Positions 38,639 through 51,670 are shown, counted from the stretch's first letter. The stretch: 64,000 bases of DNA from Octopus sinensis (GCF_006345805.1 NC_042997.1:1116001-1180000), one strand, 5' to 3'. Numbers and translations: made by a program. Notes: a model not told the origin generated them from the sequence alone.

Positions 38639-39914
38639 TGACGTAATATCAATAATTTACTGAACTAAGACGGCGAGCTGGACGAAACGTTAGTACATCG
38701 GGCGAAATGCTTAGCGGTATTTCGTGTGCCGCAACGTTCTGAGTTCAAATTCCGCCGAGGCCAACTTTGCCTTTCATCCTTTCGGCGTCGATTAAATATG
38801 TACCAGTTACGCACTGGGGTCGATATAATCGACTTAATTCGTTTGTCTGTCCTTGTTTGTCCCCTCTGTGTTTAGCCCCTTGTGTGTAGTAAAGAAATAG
38901 GTATTTCGTCTGTCTTTATGTTCTGAGTTCAAATACCGCCGAGGTCGACTTTGCCTTTCATCCTTTCGGAGTCTCTAAATTACGTATCAGTCGCATACTG
39001 GGGCCGATCTAATCGACTGCCCCCTTCCCACAAATTTCGGGCATTGTGCCTAGAGTAGAATAGAATAATTTACCGGACTAGTTCTGTAGCTCGACAAAAG
39101 ATGGCGGCATATGGTTGCTCACGCAATGAGAGCTAGCAGTGATCCTCATGAGACAGTGTGCAGAGTTACATCGCTGTGAAATTTGTGTTTTTGTGGTTTC
39201 GTTTATGTTGTAGTTTACGATTTTGTAATAGACAAGGAAAAGACCCAACATAATATTTTGTGTTAAACTTTGGGAAGCCTTCTACAGAGATATTGAGCAC
39301 GTAAACTACGGAGACAAGGCAATGGATCATACGCAATGCTTCGAGTGACATAGGTGCTTCAAAAGCGGAAAAACTTCTCTGGAAGACGATAAGCAATCTG
39401 GAGGACCTGCTATGAGCGTCACCCCCAGAAATGTAATGTGCATCAACAATTCGTCCGCCAGACATAGACCATCAACTGAGGGCTTTACTGCGATGTTTTG
39501 AAGAGTTTGAGGAAGGACATTAGGCGAAAGCGCCCCGATCTGTGGAGCGCTAAGATGTGGATACTTCAACGAGCTCCGCTCACTCGTGAATTTCTCGCAA
39601 AAAAGAAAAAAACGCAGTATCGCATCTGCATCCACCCTATTCTCCCGATTTAGCACATGCGGACTTTCATTTCTTTCTGAAGATGAAAATGCAGCTCAAA
39701 AGTTACTGTTTTAATAGCGATTTCGAGATCTACAATCAATCGCAGAAGATCCTTGATTGGGTTACAGAAAACAACTTCCAGGTCGGATAAAAACGTGGCG
39801 AGAACGCTGGGAATAGTGTAATCCTGCGTATTCCGAAGTTGATGACTTTAAACCGTAGGTAAATAAGTTATCTTTTATTAAACAAAATCACTCCAAGAAA
39901 CTTTTACCATCTCG
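38639..39914 (+). mobile_element. Old internally deleted mariner, interrupted by a SINE in its left TIR
   Basis: FCVKL..YGDKAM..TQCFE, SLEDD.QSG, IRRKRPDLWS, HPPYSPDLA; 3' end accatctcg|TA; same family as 9851-10202. Confidence 0.75.
38668..39063 (+). mobile_element. SINE family A dimer with ~17-bp TSD
   Basis: Junction aaagaaataggtatttcgtctg at ~38890; TSD aataatttac(t/c)g(a/g)acta at 38651-38667 and 39064-39080. Confidence 0.85.
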
Positions 39915-40059
39915 TAAGTATATAACAGATAAATTGGGACAAATCTCAAATGGATATATTTCTAATTGTATTGATTTTGTAGGAGTCTAAATTTTGAATA
40001 TTACCAGCTTCAATAATCACTTGTGCTATTTTGTATTCTAGACTGAACAAACTATGAAT

Positions 40060-40880
40060 GTTAATTAAGAATTTAGCCGCAGATGTGTGGTTGCCGAATG
40101 ATTTCGTGTTGGCAAAAGTGCTGGGGAAATTGTTAGTATCACAAAGTATGCAAAATCTACTGTTTTTAGAGTTGTAGCCAATTTGAAGAAAAGTCAGGGT
40201 GTTCAAAGAAAGCCTCACAGTCCACGTAGCAACCGAAAATGCACATCTCACTCCTTAACAGAACTTAAGAGATCGATTGAATCGAAATCATGAAAATCGA
40301 TGATGAATTTGGCTCTCGATCGGGGAATCTGTAAAATGACCGTTTCTAGGGCTATGAGACGATACCTGCATATGAAAGCTTACGTGAGGAGACACAGTAA
40401 CATCCAAACTACCCGCTCGAAAGCCATTTGAGCTCAAATAAGTCCGAAACTTCTTAGTCACCTGAAACATCATGGCGCAGATGTCCGCATCTTCCTGGAT
40501 GCAAACCGTCAAATCTCACGAGTGATTGCGCACGTTTCTTTAGCTATGCATAGCAAAAATCCGGCTTCCATTATGGTCCTTGGAGTTGTTGCTAGTGACG
40601 GAAAATTGATGCCTCAACATTTTATTGAAGCGAGTGTTAAAATCAACACAGCAGAGTATTTCAAAACCTTAGAAGTTTTGTTACTTTGGATTAGGAGGCA
40701 TCATGATGCAAGGTCGATTCAGGTTTGTACAGGTCGCCGTGCTCGCCCATTCTTCGAAAAGAGTGCAAGAATTTCTGAAGAAGGAATTGCCCATGTTTGT
40801 TCCTAAATATATGAGGTCTTCCAATTCACCAGATTTGAATCCATATGATGTTTGGCTGTGTGTCTTCATTGAATGTTTCG
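40060..40880 (+). mobile_element. maT/DD37D-like Tc1-mariner transposase remnant
   Basis: HTH-like KSAGEIV..KSTVFRV; KNPASIMVLGVVASDG; SPDLNPYD. Confidence 0.7.
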
Positions 40881-40969
40881 ATCAAGTAAATTGGCATAAG
40901 CAGAAACTTTGCAGCGTTTGATTTTTCCAAGTGATACAAACTTACAAACGCAAACTAGCGGAATCCGGA

Positions 40970-41245
40970 TCTCTAAGTTACGGGGGCGTAAACGCACCAG
41001 CATCAGTTGTCGAGCGATGTTGGGGAGACAAATACAGACAAACAAACATATACACACGCATACATATATATATACATATATACGGCGGGCTTCTTTCAGT
41101 TTCCGTCTACCAAATCCAGTCACAAAGTTTTGGTCGGCTCGAGGTCATAGTAGAAGGCACTTGCCCAAGGTGCTACGCAGTGGGACTGAACCCGGAACCA
41201 TTTGGTTGGTCAGCAAGCTACTTACCACGCAGCCCCTCCTACGCC
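40970..41245 (-). mobile_element. SINE family C, 3'-truncated
   Basis: Reverse complement matches 61175-61450. Confidence 0.85.
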
Positions 41246-41249
41246 TATG

Positions 41250-41289
<40 letters not shown>

Positions 41290-41646
41290 GAGGAAAATGA
41301 ACACAGTTTACATATTTTTAATATATTTTAAAATATATTTTATAAACGAATGAGTATTGTGTTTGCCGACCGGTTTCGCTTTCGACAATCATGACATTGA
41401 ATTTATTGTAATTTCTTAAGAAGACTTTAGTTCATGCTGTGTGGGGAGAAATTTGTTAATGATTGATTCAACAATTAGAAAAATCTACGTGGAGGTAATT
41501 GGTGATTATTATTATTGGGGACAGGGGAAATAATTGCTCATCTTTCGGGATGGGGTCTAAATATATATATACGAAAACACAAAAGCTAAATTAGTGACGT
41601 GAAATATGTACAGTAATGCGTATATGAATATCAATTAAAAGATATG

Positions 41647-42315
41647 CTGAAACCAAAGTTGGTTATGCGTTCATGTTTTCTGTATTTTTCGATGAACAAA
41701 TTTTATTTATTTAAATGTTATATATACGAGGGGCGTTCAATAAGTAATGCCTCTGAACCACTTTCAGTTGTTTGATCTTGCTGAAACCAAAGTTGGTTAT
41801 GCGTTCATGTTTTCTGTATTTTTCGATGAACAAATTTTATTTATTTAAATGTTATATATACGAGGGGCGTTCAATAAGTAATGCCTCTGACCCACTTGCA
41901 GTTGTTGATCTTTCTGAAACCAAAGTTGGTTATGCGTTCATGTTTTCTGTATTTTTCGATGAACAAATTTTATTTATTTAAATGTTATATATACGAGGGG
42001 CGTTCAATAAGTAATGCCTCTGAACCACTTTCAGTTGTTTGATCTTGCTGAAACCAAAGTTGGTTATGCGTTCATGTTTTCTGTATTTTTCGATGAACAA
42101 ATTTTATTTATTTAAATGTTATATATACGAGGGGCGTTCAATAAGTAATGCCTCTGACCCACTTGCAGTTGTTTGATCTTTCTGAAACCAAAGTTGGTTA
42201 TGCGTTCATGTTTTCTGTATTTTTCGATGAACAAATTTTATTTATTTAAATGTTATATATACGAGGGGCGTTCAATAAGTAATGCCTCTGACCCACTTGC
42301 AGTTGTTTGATCTAG
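41647..42315 (+). repeat. Five tandem 133-134-bp units, each ~80 bp of flank plus the mariner left end
   Basis: Units start at 41647, 41781, 41914, 42048 and 42182; TA|cgaggggcgttcaataagtaatgcc at 41727, 41861, 41994, 42128 and 42262. Confidence 0.95.
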
Positions 42316-43497
42316 CTGAAAGTTTGCATGAACTAATTGTGGTTTCTGATTTACAGGTGTTTGAACTGAGTCAAGTGTGAAATGGAGCCTGTTGAGTGTC
42401 GAGCAGTGATCCGGTTTTTGTATTTGAAAGGACGCACACCATGGGAGACTTTTGATGAAATGAAAGTAACTTATGGTGATGATGCCCCATCATATGACCT
42501 TGTAAAACGCTGGCATCGTGAATTCAAACATGGTCGGAACTCTGTGGAAACAGCTCCCAGATCTGGTCGTCCCCCTTCTGCCATTGGTGAGGCATCTGTC
42601 CGTCAAGTTGAGGCTGCCATTTTGGAAGATCGACGCATAACTATTCGCCAAATAGCCCGTGAGGTCAAGATTAGTACCGGGTCTGTGGAAACTATCATTC
42701 ATGACCATTTGCATATGCAAAAGGTCTACCAGATGGATTCCCGGGTTGCTCACACCTTTCCAGAAGCAAGAACGCGTCGTGTGCTCGGGGATGAATTTGG
42801 AGATGTGCCAAGAAGATGAGTCAAAATTTTTTAAAAGACTGATTACACAGGATGAAACCTGGGTCCATCACGATGATTCAGAGACCAAAGCCCAGTCAAT
42901 GCAGTGGAAGCACCGTGACTCACCTCCTCCAAAGAAGGCAAGGGTGCAACCCTCCGCTGGCAAGGTCATGCTCACAGTCTTCTGGGACCAGGACGGAGTA
43001 GTGATGACAGATTTCCTGGCAAAGGGTACCACAATTACAGGAGCCTATTATGCTTCACTTTTGAGGAAATTAAGAGAAGCTATCAAAATCAAGAGGCGGG
43101 GCAAGATCAGCAAAGGCATCCTCCTCCTGCAGGACAACGCTCCGGTCCACAACTCGCGTGTCGCCAGATCAGAAGCACAGGCGTGCGGCTATGAACTCCT
43201 CCCCCATCTCTCCTGACCTTGCACCCTCTGATTTTCACCTCTTCCCAGCCATGAAGTTGTTTTTGAAAGGAAAGCGTTTCCCAGATGATGCAGCCTTGAT
43301 TTCTGAAGGCACGTCGTGGTTGGAGGACCAAGCTGGGGTCTTCTACAAAAACGGTCTCCAGAGCCGCATCAAACGATGGGAGAAATGCGTAACTCTGGGT
43401 GGTTCCTATGTAGAAAAAGACTAATATCTGTGCCAAGTTTCGTTGCTCTACTGCTATGGGAAGTGGGTCAGGGGCATTACTTATTGAACGCACCTCG
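42262..43497 (+). mobile_element. Second mariner (DD34D) copy with a frameshifted transposase (42382-43424)
   Basis: Closely similar to 15848-17136; ~50-bp deletion in the 5' UTR; 8-bp deletion in the HPPY codons; 3' TIR followed by TA. Confidence 0.95.
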
Positions 43498-43857
43498 TAT
43501 ATATATATCAACAGGCTTATTATAAATAAGGTGTTCCAGTTTGTATTTCACTGTAACACCTCAGGGTTCCCTTAGTATTTTCCATGAACAGCCACAGATG
43601 AAAGACAATATTTACTTGAGGGAATTTTGACGAATTCTTCCTTCTGCTATGTTCACGGCGCCGTTGGTTGTACACAGAAACTGTTTTCAGATTAAATTCT
43701 GCTATGTTCGTTTGTGCAAAAGAAATAAAATTTAAAACGTTTTTACATACTATTTATGCTAAATATTTTTAATCCCTTGTATTTTCCAGAATTTTTGTTT
43801 TCATCCTTACTTCTACCTTGCAGATACTGTATATTTAATAGATAATAAGCGTACAAA

Positions 43858-44250
<393 letters not shown>

Positions 44251-44714
44251 AATACTCTTTCCGTTGGTGAGGAAAAAAATATCATTATATTAAGTATGAA
44301 AGTCCATTTCGGTAAATAATTATCATTCACTATGATGCGAAAGATTGAAATTAAATATAAAGTTATGATTTTCCTGTTGTTAAACGTATTTTTGATATTG
44401 AAATTATGTATTTTTTTTATTAGAAACAAATACTCTTTATGAATTTAATTTATACCCAACTATACAATAATGCAACATATTTCTTATTCTTTTACTTTTC
44501 AGCAGAGAAGTTAATGACACATTATTTGGAATAATCTTTTTTTCATTATATTTAGTTGGAAGAAGGCTAAAAATATGTTGGTCTGTTTGACTATAAATAC
44601 TAGATTTGTATTTCAAAGAACATTCGTGATATATTTTGGGAAATCTTCGGCAAAATTCAGACCAGGTAGAGAGTAGTGATATCTTCTAAGGAAAATGCTG
44701 GCTTCAAATTGGTT

Positions 44715-45115
44715 ACAAGGCTAGCAGACTTGGGTAGGGATAAGTCGATTATATCAACTGGTACTTATTGTTATCGACACCGAAAGTTTGAAAGTCAAAC
44801 TCGATCTTAGTGGAATTTGAACGCAGAAAGTAAAGACAGGTGAAATACGGCAAAACATTTTCCCCGACGTGCTAAAGATCCTGTCGTCTCAAAGGCATTT
44901 TAGGGAAAACATTGATTTCAGATATTGACACAGTGACAGCAATTTCGGGGAAGTGGTTAAGTCGATAATGTTTTCAACTGGATCTCATTTTATCAACCCT
45001 GAAAATGATGAAAGGCAAACTAAACCAGGGCGGAATTTGAACTCAGGACTTGAAAGCGGACAAAATGCATCTAAGCATTTTGGCCGACGTGCTATATTGG
45101 TTCTACCAGCATACC
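44715..45115 (-). mobile_element. Two degenerate SINE family A copies
   Basis: ggaatttgaac(g/t)cag core at ~44812 and ~45033, with decayed heads. Confidence 0.65.
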
Positions 45116-45139
45116 GTCTTTCTAGGGAAAACGTTAAAG

Positions 45140-46140
45140 ATATTTCACTGAAGTGGATAAATTAGTTCGCCGGTTCTTGATGGTCTGCCCTACGAGTTTT
45201 ACAAAAGTATTCCAGACTTCTTTGGGCACCTACTGTCCAGGATCTATGTCAACTGGGAGAATTCCCAGATCTACAAGCCGTGGGGTAGTGACGTTGATTA
45301 GAAAGGACCCGGGCGAGTGGGCTATCATAAGTAATTTTCAGTCCATAACTCTACTAAACACAGAGTTAACGATTTTGGCCAAGGTGTTGGCAAAAAGGTT
45401 GGCGCATGTCGTAGACACACTTGTCAGGGAGGCGCAAACATGCGCTCTCCGTGGCAGATCAATTCACAATGATCTCCATCTTATATACTAGTCTTACAGA
45501 CGGTTGGGAAAATTTCTGGCAAAGGTGAGGCACTAGTACATTTAGACCAGTCTAAAGCATTTGATGGGGTCGACTTGGTGGCGGTCCTCGGTGAGGCCAG
45601 GTTGGGCACGACTTTCTGCGGTTGGATTGCTGCTTTGTACAGCAACATCAAATCTAACATCTGAGTGAACGTGCTTTGTTTTTTCAAAACCGTACAAGAT
45701 TCAACGCTCAATTCGTCAGAGATGTCTCCTGTCACCACTTATGTATGTGTTGTCTCTTGCCTGTGGTCCGGACGGGACAGAGAAACTGTCATACACGCCT
45801 TCATGGAGTGTCCGGAATTATCATGATTATGTCGAGCAACTGTTGAAAATTAGGAACAGTGCAGTTATCGGCTGAGTCTATTATCAAGTGTGTGCCACCT
45901 CCTTCCCTTAACCGGGAAAGGAAGGCTTGTTTTGTCTGCCTAGTAGCCATACTGAAAGAAACAGTATGGAAGACGTGTGTAAGAGCTATAATGACAAGTA
46001 CCTTCGTCTCTGGTAAGGGGTGGGTTAGTTACCACCTCGATAGCAAGATCTGGCTGGAGAAGAGATATCTGTCACATAATATGTTCGCGAAAAGATCGAA
46101 GGAAGTAGTGAACAAGCTACGAGTGACTAGAACCAGTTAA
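45140..46140 (+). mobile_element. Tx1/L1-clade LINE ORF2 fragments
   Basis: DGLPYEFYK, ITLLNTELTILAKVLAKRL, ALVHLDQSKAFD and a C-terminal C..CG...ETVIHAFMECP knuckle. Confidence 0.82.
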
Positions 46141-46372
46141 GGTTCGAACCTAGAGGTTGGATGCCTTTCCTTCAGTCACACATTGCAAAATTTGCAAGGA
46201 TCATCAATATTGAAATTTTTTAAATGAAAAAAAATATTTTTAAGAGTATGGCATTTATATTTTATCATTCGAAGCTTTTCATCAGTGATAAGCAACTGCT
46301 TCACCCTCTGTGTTTGTCTGTCCTTGTTTGTCTCATTCTTGTACGCTTTCCATAGCCAATTAATGAAATAAA

Positions 46373-46734
46373 GAAGCTTGCTTTCCATCCACATGGTTCC
46401 GGGTTCAGTCCCACTGCGTGGCACATTCGGCGAGTGTCTTCTAATGTAGCATCGGACCGACCAAAGACTTGTGAATGGATTTGGTAGAGGGAGACTGAAA
46501 GAAGTTTGTCGTATATATATATATGAGCATGTGTGTGTGTCTGCGTTTGTACCTCCACAATCGCTTGAGAACCGATGTTGGTGTGTTTACATTCCCGTAA
46601 CTTAGCAGTTCAGCAAAATTGACCGATAGAATAAGTACTAGGGTTACAAAGAATAAGTCCTGGGGTCGATTTTCTCGACGAAAGGCGGTGCTCCAGCATG
46701 GTCGTTGTCAAATGACTGAAAAAATAAAAGAATA
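46373..46734 (+). mobile_element. SINE family C
   Basis: Matches 61175-61571, including the tail caaatgactgaaa. Confidence 0.85.
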
Positions 46735-46789
46735 CACAAACATATATAACAGATATGAGCAGAGCATGTATATATATATATATATATAT

Positions 46790-47945
46790 ACCAGTCTCAC
46801 GCCATTTCCGCTCCACCGGTCACTCCTTGCAACACCTGTCTGTGTTCGGATTGTCCTTGCACAGAGGCCATCCGGATTCCCGCTTGCGCCGTGAACAGGG
46901 ATTAATCTTCTCTCTTCGCTCTTTTACGCCATTTGGGCTCAACTCTCCGTCCCTTTCCATCTAACCTCCCCCTAACTCCTACTTCTCTTCAGTCCTTCAT
47001 CTTTTCACCCCTACTCTCTTTCCCTCCTTTTCCCTACTTTCCCTTCTTCCCTCTTCTTCCTTCTCCTTTCTTCTTCCCTCTTCCCCTTCTCTCTTTCTCT
47101 CTGCTCCCTCACTTCCCTTCTCTCCCATCCCCTCCTCTCCTCCTCCCTCCCTCTCCTCATCCTCCCCTCCTTCTCCTCCTCTCACTCCTTCTCCCCTCCC
47201 TCCTCCTTCTCCTCCTCTCTCCCCTCATTTCCCCCTCCTCCCCTCTTCTCTCTTCTCTCCCATCTCACTCTTCCCACAAACCCCACTCTACCCCAACCCC
47301 CAGCCGAACCCACATCCCACATGGGCTTTCCCCACTCTCGCCCCACACCTCCCCACAACATCACACCACACTATACTACACAATATGACATTACACATCA
47401 CATCACAACACACCACCCACAGCACACCACCCACACACCCATCCCCACATCTTTACACCTACACATACATACACATAACATATCACAACACACCACCCAC
47501 ACAACCATCCCCATATCTCAACACCCACACATACATACATACACACGTCCAGATCACCAGCCCTCTTTCACACGCACACACATACTCTCTTATACACACA
47601 CGCACCTTCGTGTTGGGGCGAAGTCACTTGACCCCGTTATCTCTCCTACTATCCCTCTAGCGACTAACGTCTGACCTCTGACCTCTGACTTCTGCCTGAA
47701 GTCAGAACGCCATTATGGACCGTTAGCTCCTACACGCATTTTTTATCTCCTTGTTTCTCTCCTTGTTTCTTTTCAGTGTATCTTTCTGTCGAAGAGCCTA
47801 GGCTCGAAACGTAAAAGACTTGTTCTATTTCTATTCCTGAGCGCCATACTAATACATTTGTTTGTTTGTACTCCACCTGCCTTCGTCTTTTGCTTATTTT
47901 CGTAAACCTGACTTCGTCTTTTGTTTATTTTCGTAAACCTTCCCG
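46790..47945 (+). mobile_element. Strongly 5'-truncated Penelope-like element: GIY-YIG C-terminus, low-complexity UTR, pLTR
   Basis: PVSRHFRSTGHSLQHLSVFGL...RLRREQGLIFSLRSFTPFGLN, then pyrimidine and CA tracts, then a hammerhead motif. Confidence 0.8.
47781..47818 (+). ncRNA. Hammerhead motif with one core substitution
   Basis: tcttt CTGTCGA A GAGCC ta GGCTC GAAA CG TA aaaga (A6 changed to T). Confidence 0.7.
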
Positions 47946-47954
47946 TTATATATA

Positions 47955-48837
47955 TCTTTATATATATATATATAAAATTGGGAATGTGTGTCTGTCTGTC
48001 TGTCTGTGTGTTTCTCTAAAACTTGAGAACTACACAACCAATTTCATTCAAGTTTTACACATGCCTTGGTTAGGGTCCGAGGAGTGTCATCGGCAAAAAC
48101 AATTTTTAACTTTTTGCCTAGGGCGAGCCGACAGCAATATCATATCTTCTCCAATACGATTCCCTAAAACCTGAGAACTACACAACCAATTTCATTCAAA
48201 GTTTACACATGCTTTACTTAGGGACCATGTAGTTTCATGGGAAAAAAAAATGTTCAACTTCTTGCCTAGAGCGAGCCCATAGCAATATCATATCTTCTCC
48301 ACTAATTCAGTATTACGTGTTAAAAGTGAAACAAAAATATTTCTCTCTTTTATGTCAGATGCTTTCACTTTAACAATAAAAATAATAATAACAATTGAAT
48401 TATATGTAGTAAGTAATAATTAAAATCAAACTAAAGTATAATATAATCATAACATAACAAAAGTAAAAGTACCAATTGGTATAAAATTGCATCAATGATT
48501 TGAACTTGAATAAGTGGTTTCACATGAATGGGAATAAATTAAAAATAAAATTAGCGTTCAGAAATGGAATAGTTCAGATGGATAATAAAAAATTAAATTA
48601 AAGTAAAGACTATTGTCTATAAAGTATACAATGTAGAGGAAAAAGAAGAGCTAACAATTCCAGTCTGTTATATATTTTGCGTATTGTTATCACTAGCGAT
48701 ATCAAGATATAACTTTGTATTTTGCATTTTATGTGTAGATGTATATAAATAGATGTACATGTAATATGTACACATATATATACACATATATACATGCACT
48801 AGCACTATGACCCGGCAACGACGGGTCTTTAATGCTA

Positions 48838-48838
<1 letters not shown>
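47955..48838 (+). mobile_element. Non-autonomous Helitron-like element with an internal ~148-bp tandem repeat
   Basis: A|TCTTTATATA..AAAA, (GTCT)n, repeats at ~48016 and ~48164, hairpin gacccg-gcaacga-cgggtc, CTAG|T. Confidence 0.82.
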
Positions 48839-48882
<44 letters not shown>

Positions 48883-48886
48883 TATA

Positions 48887-49205
48887 ACGATAAACGTCGT
48901 CCTTTTCAAACCTAGCCAGGCTCATGGGCCCGGTTTCCCGGTTTCTGTGGTTTCCCAGTTTCTATGGCGTAGGTGGTCCCCGAGCTGGACGGGACGCCAG
49001 TCCATCGCAGCTTACTCAAGAAAGAGGGAGAGTGAAAGTTGTGGCGAAAGAGTACAACACGGGTTGCCACTATCCCCTGCCGGAGCCTCATGGAGATTTT
49101 AGGTGTTTTCGCTCAATAAACACACACAATGCCCGGTCTGTGAATCGAAACTGCGATCCTCAGACAGCGAGTCCGCTGCCCTAACCACTAGGCCATTACG
49201 TCTCC
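48887..49205 (-). mobile_element. SINE family B head and core with a different 3' tail
   Basis: Head as at 32148; tail contains tgcgatggactggcgtcccgtccag. Confidence 0.85.
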
Positions 49206-50013
49206 ACACACACACACCCACACACACACACACATACACACACACACATATATGCATGCGACACTCCCACACACGCACACAAATACGTATACAGTAAATT
49301 ATATTATCCATGCTATATAATATGTTTCTGGAAACAGTGATTTTTTTGTGAACGAAACCATTCGTTATATCATAATACTTTTATTTGTGTAGATTTGTAT
49401 ACGTGTCAAATGAAAATTCGTGTGAAGAATTACATGAAAGAATTTTTATAAATGTTTTATCCATCTGTAGCCTCTTAGATTTATTCTAGCTGAGTCGTTA
49501 ATATGTATCTGAAACTCTTTCTACTATTATATTCTCTCTTTTGATGTATTTCTTTGTATCATGATGTTTATTTCTAATTCATATATGGCGTCGTATTTCA
49601 GTTTTATAGGTAAAGTTATGTTTATCACAGCAACAAATACATCTTAGATTCGTTATAACTGATCTAAAATTAAACTGAAGGCCACGTTGCTTTAACGTTT
49701 TGTAAACTCATGTGTACAATGAAGTAGTTTGAATTGTAAACACTCTTTTGTTGTATTCATATTTTTTTGCATGAGGGGTTTTAAACAAAGAAAATAAGAA
49801 GGATCACTAGTTGCTCTATATTATTTACGTCTGTGTTTGTACGTTTATAAGAAAGAGTATATTTTTAAAATCGAAACAGAAGTACAGGAATTCAGGAATT
49901 TTCGGATAAATTTAATTACAAGATAATTTTTGAGAACAGTTCACTTCCTAGTTGCACACACATACATGTTAGTATTACAAAATCAATATCAAGTGGCAAG
50001 ATTCCAGAATCGT

Positions 50014-50205
50014 TACCACTCCGGGAGAAACATGAACGGTATTTCATCCGCCTTTTCCTCCTGAGTTCAAATTCCACTGAGGTCGATTTTGCGTGTCAGC
50101 CTTCTGGGGTCGATAAAATATGTAATAATTGAGCACAAGGGGCAATGTAATCGTTTCGAATCCTCCTCTTAACGTGTCGGCCTTGTGCTAAAATTTGAAA
50201 TTACT
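50014..50205 (+). mobile_element. Degenerate SINE family A
   Basis: ctgagttcaaattccactgaggtcga...ggggtcgataaaa. Confidence 0.65.
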
Positions 50206-51554
50206 TTTATAAAGGGAGTTTTATTATATCATACCAAATTTTATAGTAAGGAATCAAATTATTTTAATTGATTCGGACCTACAGATATCATAAAAATGTC
50301 AATGATAAGAAGCTAGTATATTTTCTATAAATCGAAAGTTGGTACCAGCGATGCATTTCTTTGAATTTGAAATAACCTTTTTAAGTGACTCTTGTGGTTC
50401 GAAGAACCACTAAGCTACTAAGACGTTTGTAAATGGAAAGTAATTTACCAATGGAAATGAATCCACTCTAATGAAAATGGATCACAGAATCGTAAGAAAG
50501 AAACTCCAAACTTCTATCTACACTTGAAGACAATTAAGAAATGTTTACATGTAAGAGCTACACAAAGTTGCATTACGAAGTAACTCTTCCAGCCCGTAGA
50601 CGGATCAGATCAATACCAATTAGATTCAGCATACTTTCAACATTAATGATTTTGTTTTCCACCAGTAGAACTATTAAATCACAATCAACATACTGCAAAT
50701 TACACAACTCTTTGGGGTGACTATATTTCACCATTGTAAATTGTATACCTTATGCAATCACTATTGTTAAAAGTAGACACATATGAACTCATGTATAGAC
50801 ACATACCCACACACATCGAAGTTAAGTGACAAATTTTGAAATGCCCTTTTTTCGGCAGGTATATTTGGAGAGATGTAGCATATGTCATTTTATGCACTAA
50901 ATTTTTAGTTTTCCAATAATTTTTACGTTGCGATTACCATTACGCGAAACAAAAATATAAAAAAAAACTGACAAAGCAAGGTGTTTTGGAAATGCTTGTT
51001 TTATGTCATATATAAAATCTAGTAGATGAAAATGAACAAATATACAATAAAAACATGAATGCAAGTTATAAAAGCAATAAAGAACAAAGCCATGGTAAAA
51101 GTAAAATGAAAACACCCAAGGCAATAGTTTAAACAAAAAGCTTTCTAAAACATTAGACACAATTTTGTCTGGCAACATAATTTTATGCCTTTACAGAAGC
51201 AATGTCATCACACTGGTTCACAAGCGAGGTAACTGCTTATTTATAAACATCTGAAAACCAAAAAAAGTCATTACTATAAAATCTCTGACTATTCCTCAAT
51301 TTATGTTTTGAACTCCATTTCGAAATTAAAACTGTATTTTGAAGTAAAATTGTTGTACTATAGGCGAAATTACCCCTCGCCCCCAAATCTATGAATCGCT
51401 TCTTGACATCATTCGAAATTTATTTACACTTTTGCATAATGGTAAAAAATATATAATGTAAAATGCAAATCAATCCTATATAGATTACGTCTCACTTCGC
51501 TGCTTGTCAGCCTGTCTGTTTGTCTGCCTCTCCCTCACTCTGTCTGTCTGTCTC

Positions 51555-51602
<48 letters not shown>

Positions 51603-51622
51603 TTAAATCACACTCACACACA

Positions 51623-51670
<48 letters not shown>

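Noticed and set aside
41647-42315. Regularly spaced repeats resembling a CRISPR array
   Set aside because: The whole unit repeats, with no unique spacers; it is a tandem duplication of a transposon end in a eukaryotic context.
46933-47674. Pro/Leu/Ser-rich and His/Thr-rich ORFs
   Set aside because: They are low-complexity tract translations.
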